Origin: the human T2T-CHM13v2.0 reference genome, Homo sapiens
Assembly (NCBI RefSeq): GCF_009914755.1
Contig: NC_060930.1
Direction: 5' to 3' (one strand)
DNA length: 64,000 bases
The position numbers were made by a program, and so were the translations under genes. The notes beneath the pieces are model-generated. The model made no database searches. It saw only the letters and a list, made by a program, of their open reading frames with translations, and was not told the origin of the DNA. This document shows, one piece after another, positions 56,191 through 64,000 of this stretch (position 1 is its first letter; the number at the start of each line of letters is the position of its first letter).

Positions 56191-57526
56191 ACAGGCAGTT
56201 CTCACTTTGCATAGTAGTGTGGGACTGTGAAAATAATCATACAAACTGAAGCTGCAAAAGGATCTTTGTAATCAATGGGAAAAAATACAATTATTCTGTG
56301 ATCTATAAGAAATTTTTGTCAAAACATTAAAAACCCTCTTAGTGTCAGTTTTAAATATATAAAACATGAAAAACCCTGTAAAACTGGTATTTACCTGATA
56401 CGTTGTGATTTAAACCATTAGAAACATCAAGATAAAATGTTTCATTTCTTTCTGAAAAACTTATCAAAGGTTGTTTGAACATTGCTTGCTTTATTTTTGT
56501 AAAACAGGATAGAGAGCTACTATCTTTCCTAGAGAATTATGCTTCTAACTTTGGATATATGCTTGACATTTTTTGTAAGTGCTTTCAATATTGTGAAATC
56601 TCAGAATTCCTTTAATGTGAAGAATTTTGTTGGCCTCACTTCCTCTAGTACGTCATTCCTTTTTTCTTTTTTCTTTTTTTTAGATGAGTCTCACCATAGC
56701 TCAGGCTGGAGTGCAGTGGCGTGATCTCGGCTCCTGCCTCCTGGGTTCAAGCACGGCCTCCTGGGTTCAAGTGATTCTCCTGCCTCAGCCTCCCGAGTAG
56801 CAGGGACTACAGGCACCCACCACCACGCCCAGCTAATTTTTTATATTTTTAGTAGAGACAAGGTTTCACCGTGTTAGCCAGGATGGTCTCCATCTCCTGA
56901 CCTCGTGATCTGCCCGCCTCGGCCTCCCAAAGTGCTGGGATTAAAGGCATGAGCCACCGCACCCGGCCAGATGTCATTCTGTTTGTCACAACCAAGCTCT
57001 TCATATATATCAGTGAATTCACCTTCACTAAGTTCTCCTGGCTGCAGATCTAGAGTCTATCCAACAGTAGCCATGTAAACATTTCCACATTCAGCTATTT
57101 TTTTTATAACTCTATTTATAGATTTCACGTCCAGCCTCATCACTTTTCATTTATTTGCTGCCCTTTGATCTTTGTTAGTCAATTCTTTCTTCTGATTATC
57201 CATTTTTGTAAAATGTCACATGGGTTTGTCACTGGGAGGCTATCTGTGGGTGAGCTGAGTGATATATGTGCAGTGACCAATCACTGGCAGACGTTGAAAG
57301 GAGTGACATGATTGGTCCCTGATCATGATGTGCTTCTGCTATTTACATAGCGATTTGTGGACTGGGAGCAAGCAGTGAGGTTTGTACCTTACGAAATTAT
57401 ACACAGGTAATACACGGTGGTAACTGAAATTTAAACAGTGTTGTTGGTAGATTGAAGTTACTTAACTAAATCCTAGTACCTGAAATTTGTGCCATGTCAC
57501 AAATGTGAAAAGAAGGGAAATTCTTG
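56191..57526. mobile_element. Tigger6a-like DNA transposon interrupted by an Alu
   Basis: Starts caggcagttctcactttgcatagtagtgtgggactg; the far end reads ggtaactgaaattt...gaaatttgtgc...aaaagaagggaaattc. Confidence 0.65.
56660..56968 (-). mobile_element. Alu (Sc/Y-like) with an internal deletion and duplication
   Basis: Approximate TSD a(c/t)gtcattc; gcctcctgggttcaag occurs twice. Confidence 0.93.
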
Positions 57527-59480
57527 ATTTTTCCATCGTTATACCTCAAGTTATCCCCGACGTCAAATATTTAAATATAATAAAAATTTGAAGCAAATGA
57601 ACTGTGGCTGGAAAGCATGTGAATTAACCTGGATTAGGACAAAAATAAAGCACTCAGTGTTCAACAAATGTGGTGGCTAGAAAGGCCAATTAGAAATATA
57701 TCCTCACCTTGTGTTGCTTGGAGACTACTCAGGCAATTAAAATCCATGCATACATAACTGAGGCACAGCATAAAAAGCTGGCAGAGTGGCATGGTAAAAA
57801 TACCAAGACTATACAAAATTCATCCTCAGGCCATTTATTTGGTTGCCATTTTTTATTAGAGACCAAAAATATCTTCATTGGAATTGTTCTACATAAGAAT
57901 TAGTATGAGTGTGATGTGTAAAATAGATTGCAGGTGTTGTGGGAAGATTTGTTAGGAGGCTACATTATTTGCTATTTTAGTATGGCATAGAATTACTCTG
58001 GAGAAAGAGTTATTGAGGCAATGACAGTAGTAATGGAGAGAGTGAAAATTACAGAGGTGCAGGAGCTAAGACTTGTCACCTGGAGATGAACAGAGAGAAG
58101 AGAATCATTTGGAGACAGCGATTGTTTCAAGCTGTAGTGATTTGCAGAAACCTGAAGATCTGCTGATCTTCACAAGATACCAGTGATGTTTAATGCAGCT
58201 CATTTGAACAAAATTAAAACTATTGCTAGGTTTTCTCACTTAGTTCTGCATGCCATCTCTCATTGTTATTCATCTGTATCACTAGTTCCCTTTATAGACT
58301 ATCATTTAATAAAAAGAACTGGTGACAAACTCTACCTACTCTTCTAAACTTTTTTTCATCTAGTATCTATAACACTTTTTGAGCAACATAAGCTTTTTCC
58401 TGTCTCAAAAAGGTAAAGATAATTTTATTTATTGAAAAATATATAGTTCAAGAATAGTAAAAAAAAAATAGACAGGTTTTAATTGTTTTATAGTTGTTTT
58501 GTCCATAAGTATTTTAAGTATTTATATGTGTACTTAAATTCCTTTGTTATTTTCATCTTTGTGTGAAGATTCTTTGTAATAGTGGCAACAAATGAAGACT
58601 TTTCAATTTTCCCTCATTACAGCTTTCAAAAATCAGGCATGTTGTGCACATTTTTAGTGTTTCTTAGTCTGTTTGTCATCAGTGATCATATGTTTCTAAT
58701 ATTCTGAACCTCACAAATACCATAGTACTTCTTGCATTTGTCTCATAACATGTGCTTCAAACTTTTGTCTGCGAGGGAAAGCTTTTATAAATGCCTAGCA
58801 GGTCTGGCATAACTGTTCCAAATCCAGAGAATTTATAACGATATAAGCTGAACCATGGAATAAAAGGATTTAAGAAGGAGAATGAATTCTTGGTAATATT
58901 AGAACAATATTGTCAATAGGGGATTATTAATGCTTTTGTTACCACAATCCAGTTTGACTGACAGCCATAGTATATTCTTTCATGAATCAAGCATTAAAAC
59001 ATTATTCACGGTTACCTTTCTTAGCCAGAATTACTGGTGGTATAACAAACTATAGTAGATTCGGATACATTCATCTGTGGCCTGTAGATGTTTGCAATGT
59101 AATATACCAGAGCAGACAAGGCTTTTCTGCCAATACAAGTAATGAAATAATATTAAAACATGATGTGGGCCATATAGTTCAGCTTATTGCAGGAGTAGAG
59201 ACATAGGGTTCATTTCTGACTCTGCCTTTCATTCAACTATGTGATCTAGAAAAAATAAGAGAACCACACTAATACTCAGATTTCTAATTTGTAATTGAGA
59301 TAATTCATTTCAAGTCAGAGTTTTTTTGTCATGAAAATCAAGGAAGGAATATGTCTTATTGCATAAATGTATGAAGCATCATGCAATATAAGACTGTATT
59401 ATTATCTATAAAACACTACTTTTATATTGGAAAATATATAATGTATAACAGTCTTCATATCTATCAAACTATTGCATATA

Positions 59481-59824
59481 CTGTCATGCACTGCATAACG
59501 TTTCAGTCAAAACAGACCACATAAAGGATGGTGGTTACATAGGATTATAAAACTGTATTTCTACTATATCTTTTCCATAATTAGCTGTTTTTAGATATAC
59601 AAATATTTATCATTATTTTACAGTTGCCTACATTATTTAGTACAATAGTATACCGTACCAGTTTATAGCCTAGGAGCAATAGGCTACCCTATACAGCTTA
59701 AGTGTGTAGTAGGCTATACCATCTAAGTTTGTGTGAGTATACTCCATGGTATTTGCACAGTGATAAAATCACCTAACAACATGTTTCTCAGAATATAACT
59801 CCATCATGAAACGATGCATGATTG
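59481..59824. mobile_element. Tigger3a (MER7A)-like MITE
   Basis: ta|ctgtcatgcactgcataacg...tgcatgattg|ta; homologous to 21780-22110. Confidence 0.85.
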
Positions 59825-59897
59825 TACTTTTTGCTAGCCAAGGTAAAATTAGTAGCAGCATCAACAGAGAGAGGAAATAGGGCATCAAAAGAATTTA

Positions 59898-62800
59898 GGG
59901 ACTTTCTGTTTCTGGCCTGGCATATAAGGAGCTTGGAGGCTTCTGTCCTAACAAGAAGTAAAAGCCGAACAAACTAAAATTCAACAACTCATCTTAGATC
60001 CCTAAGAGAAGCAAGGTCACAGGGCAAACCACTGCCCACAAAATTGGAGTCAGACAGGCAAATACAGAGAACTACAATTTATCTGATTACAAATGTCCAC
60101 AGGAACCAGAGCCAGGGTGGAAAAATCTGAACCACAATTAACAAATTGCCGGAGTCTCTGTGTGGACAAGTCTGAGACATAAAAACTTCAGAGACCAGTT
60201 ACGGAAGGTGGGGCATGCACTTTTGTGAGTCTTACTTCCTGGAACTCAACCAGTTTCTCACAGTGAATAGCAAAGACAAATTCCCTCCTGCTCCTGGCAG
60301 GGAGAGGGGAAAATGAATAATCTTGAAATTTGTCAGAGCATTCTGTTCTTCTTAATGAGGTCTGCCCTCAAAAGAAATGATTTAACCAGATCCTAACCTG
60401 CTTTGGTTTTATCAGAGCCTAAATAACATGGAGGAAAGGAAGTACTCAACGCTAGCCAGTTTTAATCTTCCACTTGGAGGAAGGGAAATACTCAATTCCA
60501 GCCCCCTCTAGCCTTCCACAGGAGAGAAGGGAAATACCCAATTCCAGTTACTCTGGCCATTCTGTCCTACATGAGGTGGGAGGGTGGACTGAGAAGCACT
60601 TGTGAAGTTCACAGTCCAGAAGTTCAGGCTCACTATGACTGAGACCTAGTTGTAGGACTTTAGTAATTCAGTGGCAAGGTATGGGAAACAAGGACGGTGT
60701 TTCCCCTTGTTTCCCTTGCCACTGTGTTACTAAAGGCTTATTTATATCAGTTCCTTTCTCCCACTATATCGTGTCCACCTATAAAGAAAAGATTACCAGG
60801 CATACAAAAAGGCAAAAAAACCACAGTTTGAAGAGGCAGAGCAAGCATCAAAAGCAGACTCAGATATGGCAGGGATGTTGAAATAATCAGACTAGAAATT
60901 TAAAACAATTATGATTAATATGTTAAGGCCTTTAATAGATAAAGTGGATGGCATGCAAGAACAGATGGGTAATGTAAGCAAAGAAATGGACATTTTAAGG
61001 AAGATAAAAATAAATTCTAGAATCAAAAACACTGTAACAGAAATGAAGAAAGCTTTGATGGGCTTATTAGACTAATACAACTGAGGAATCTCTAAGCTTT
61101 AAGATATCTCAATAGAAAACTCCAAAACTAAAAAGCAAAGAATAAAAAGAGTGAAAAAAATAGAACAGAATGTCTAGGAACTGCAGAACAACTATGAAAG
61201 GTATGGCATATGTTAGTGGGAATACTAGAAGGAGAAAGAAGAGAGAAAGGAACAGAAAATATATTTCATCACTGAAAATTTTCCCAAAATAAGTGTTCCA
61301 AACTATAGTTCCAAGAAGCTCAAAAAACACTAACAGTAGGATAAATGCCAAAAATTCTCAAAACAAAGCAAAATAAAAACCCCAACATCTGAGAACATCG
61401 TATTCAAACTGTAGAAAATCAAAACCAAAAAGTCCTGATAGAAACCAGAGGGAAAAAAAAATCTTACCTATAGAGGAGCAAAGAAAAGAATTACATTTGG
61501 CTTCCCAAACATCATGCAGCACAAAGAGAGTAGAGTGAAATATTTAAAGTGTTGAGAGAAGAAAACGTCAGCTCAGAATTCTGTAACTGATGAAATTCTC
61601 TTTAAAAACTAAAGGAAAAAATTAAGACTTCTTTCTCAGACAAACAAAAATTGAGAAAATGTGTTGCCAGTAGAGCTTCCTTATAAGAAATGTTTAAAAA
61701 AGTTTTTTAAAGAGAAGAAAAATTATACCAGTCAGAAACTCATATCTACATAAAGAAGGAACATTATAGACAGAATTGGTATAGATAAAATAAAAATTTA
61801 ATTTTTTTCTTATTCACAATTCATTTAATAAGTATGTTTATTCAAAATAATATAGCAGCAATTAACTCAATTATGTATGCTTATGCATATGTATATGCTT
61901 AGTATAAGTGAAATGAATGACCACAATAATATAAGGAATGAGAGGGAAGAAATAGCATTATTTTGTTATTATAAGTTTCTCCTACTACCCATGAAGCAGT
62001 ATAGTGTTATTCAAAAGTGGACTTCAATTAGTTCTAGATCTGTATTGCAAAATATAGGGCAACCTTGGTTTTTTTAACTTAAAAATTTTTTAAACATATA
62101 ATTTATATACTAAGAATTGAGAGAAAATTGAATTATATGAAATGCTTGTTTAAAACCATGAAGGGCAGAAAAAAGGTGGAAGGTGAAAACATGAACAAAG
62201 AACAAGGTTAACAAGTAGAAAACAGTAACAAGTATGATAGATATTAATCCAGCTGTATCAGTAATCATTTTCAATGACAATGATCTGGACATACCAATTA
62301 AAAGACAGAGATTTTCAGACACGATCAAATAATAAGGCCCAATGTTAAAGTGGGTTGTCTATAAGATATCAACTTTAAATATTAAAACACGCATAGAAAT
62401 GGATGCAGAAAGGTATATTATGTTAACACTAATCAAAAGAAAGGGAATATAGCTACATTAATTTTAGATAGAGCAGACTTCAGAGTAAAGAAAGTTATAA
62501 ATGAAAAAGAGGGGCATTAAATCATGCTAAAGAAGCCAATTATCCAAGAAGACGTAATAATCTTTAATGTGTATGTGACTAAAAATAGAATATCAAAAAT
62601 GTCTGAGGGAAAAACTGAACTAGCCACTATTACAGAGACTTTAATGCCAATCTATCAGAAATGGACAGATCCAACAGGCAGAATATCATCAAGGACGTTA
62701 AACTCAACAACACAATCAGCTGAATATAATTGAATTTATAGACTATCTGAGAACAGCAGAATACACATTCTTCTCAAGTTCACATGGAACATTCACTAAG

Positions 62801-64000
62801 ATAGACCACATACTGGGCCATGAAACACACCCTAACAAGTTTTAAAAAAATTGTACAATTCTCTCAGACCACAATATAATTAAACTAGAAATCGGTGACA
62901 GAAAAATAGCTAGAAAATCTGAAAATACTAGGAGACTAAACAACACACTTTTAAATAATACATGAGTCAAACAGAAAATCTCAAGAGAAATTTAAAAATA
63001 TTTTGAAACAAAAATGATAAAAACTCATTAAAAATGTTGGGATGCGGTGAAAGCACTGCTTGGAGGAAAATTTACAGCATTGAATGCATATATTAGAAAA
63101 ATTAAAATGATCTAAAATCAACCATCTAAGCTTCCACTTTAGGAAACTAGAAAAAGAAGAGCAAATTAAATCTAAAGTAAGCAGGAAAAAAATTAGAACA
63201 GAAATCAATAAAATTAAAAATATGAAATAGACAAAAATCAATGAAACCAAAACCTAGTTCTTTGAAGAGATCAACAAAATTGATAAGGCACTAATTAGGC
63301 AAAGAAACAGAACACAAAATACATATATCAGATATGAAAGAGAGGCTATCGTTAAGGATCCCATGCATATTAAAAGAGTAATAAATGAAAATTATGAACA
63401 ACTCTATGCCCACAAATGTAAAAGCTTACATGAAATGAAATAATTCCTTGAGAGACATATTTTTTAAAAACTCAAATGAGAAGAAAGAGACAATGTGTAT
63501 GTAAACATATCTATTAAATAAACTTAGTCAAAATAATTAATAACCTTCCAAAATAGAAAATACCAGGCCCAGAAGGGGTTCACTGGTGAATTCTACCAAA
63601 TATATAAGGAAAAAAATTGTACCATTTTATAAAATCTCTTTCAGAAGACAGAAGCAGAGGCAATACTTGTAACTCATTCTATAAGGCCAATATTACCTTA
63701 ATACCAAAAATTTACAAGAGACTTTTCAAGAAAACTACAATATATCTTATGAACATAGAGGCAAAAATTCTCCACAAGATATTAGCAAATCAAATCACAA
63801 TAATATATAATAAGAATTATACACCATGACCAAGTGGGATTTATTCAGGTATGCAAAGCTCATTCATTATTTAAAATTAATTAATGTAATCTATCATGTC
63901 AATATGCTAAACAATTTAAATGATCATATCAAAATATGCAGTAAAAACATTTGATAAAATCCAACAGTCATTCATTAAAAAAATAACCAACTCCCTGTAA
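59898..64000 (+). mobile_element. Old L1 (L1MC/MD-like) 5' UTR, decayed ORF1 (~60.9-61.7 kb) and ORF2 (from ~62.2 kb); runs off the window end
   Basis: ORF1-like gcatgcaagaacagatgggtaatgtaagc; ORF2-like gaatacacattcttctcaag, ttcactggtgaattctaccaaa and catgaccaagtgggatttatt; many stops and frameshifts. Confidence 0.88.

Noticed and set aside
60425-60565. Three ~52-bp tandem units (gggaaatac.caa.tccag), superficially array-like
   Set aside because: They lie inside an old L1 5' UTR, where monomer repeats are normal. This is eukaryotic DNA with no spacer architecture or cas genes, so not CRISPR.

Overview
Primate (very likely human) non-coding genomic DNA: AT-rich, CpG-depleted, intergenic or deep intronic, and roughly half made of interspersed repeats. 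I see no credible protein-coding exon, CpG island or intact L1 ORF; the listed ORFs that I can place fall in L1, MaLR or Alu decay products, and the rest look like chance ORFs. Recognisable content: several L1 fragments (L1PA7/8-like, L1PA12-16-like, L1PB-like, a tiny young L1PA2-like 3' end, old L1M copies), two complete THE1/MST MaLR proviruses with 5-bp TSDs nested in L1s, a solo MaLR LTR, nine Alus, DNA-transposon relics (MER96B-, MER6B-, Tigger3a-, MER33-, MER5A-, MER94- and Tigger6a-like), and MIR/L2 relics. The most notable structures are (i) a U6 snRNA-L1 chimeric retrocopy at 12.7-14.6 kb, (ii) a ~470-bp inverted copy of that chimera's 3' end plus its unique flank embedded in a different L1 at 29.7-30.2 kb, and (iii) a 176-bp templated direct duplication about 550 bp away with similar divergence. 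These look like fossil DNA-repair and retrotransposition events. I found no evidence of a new gene system. Subfamily names are recalled from consensus sequences, not from a database search.
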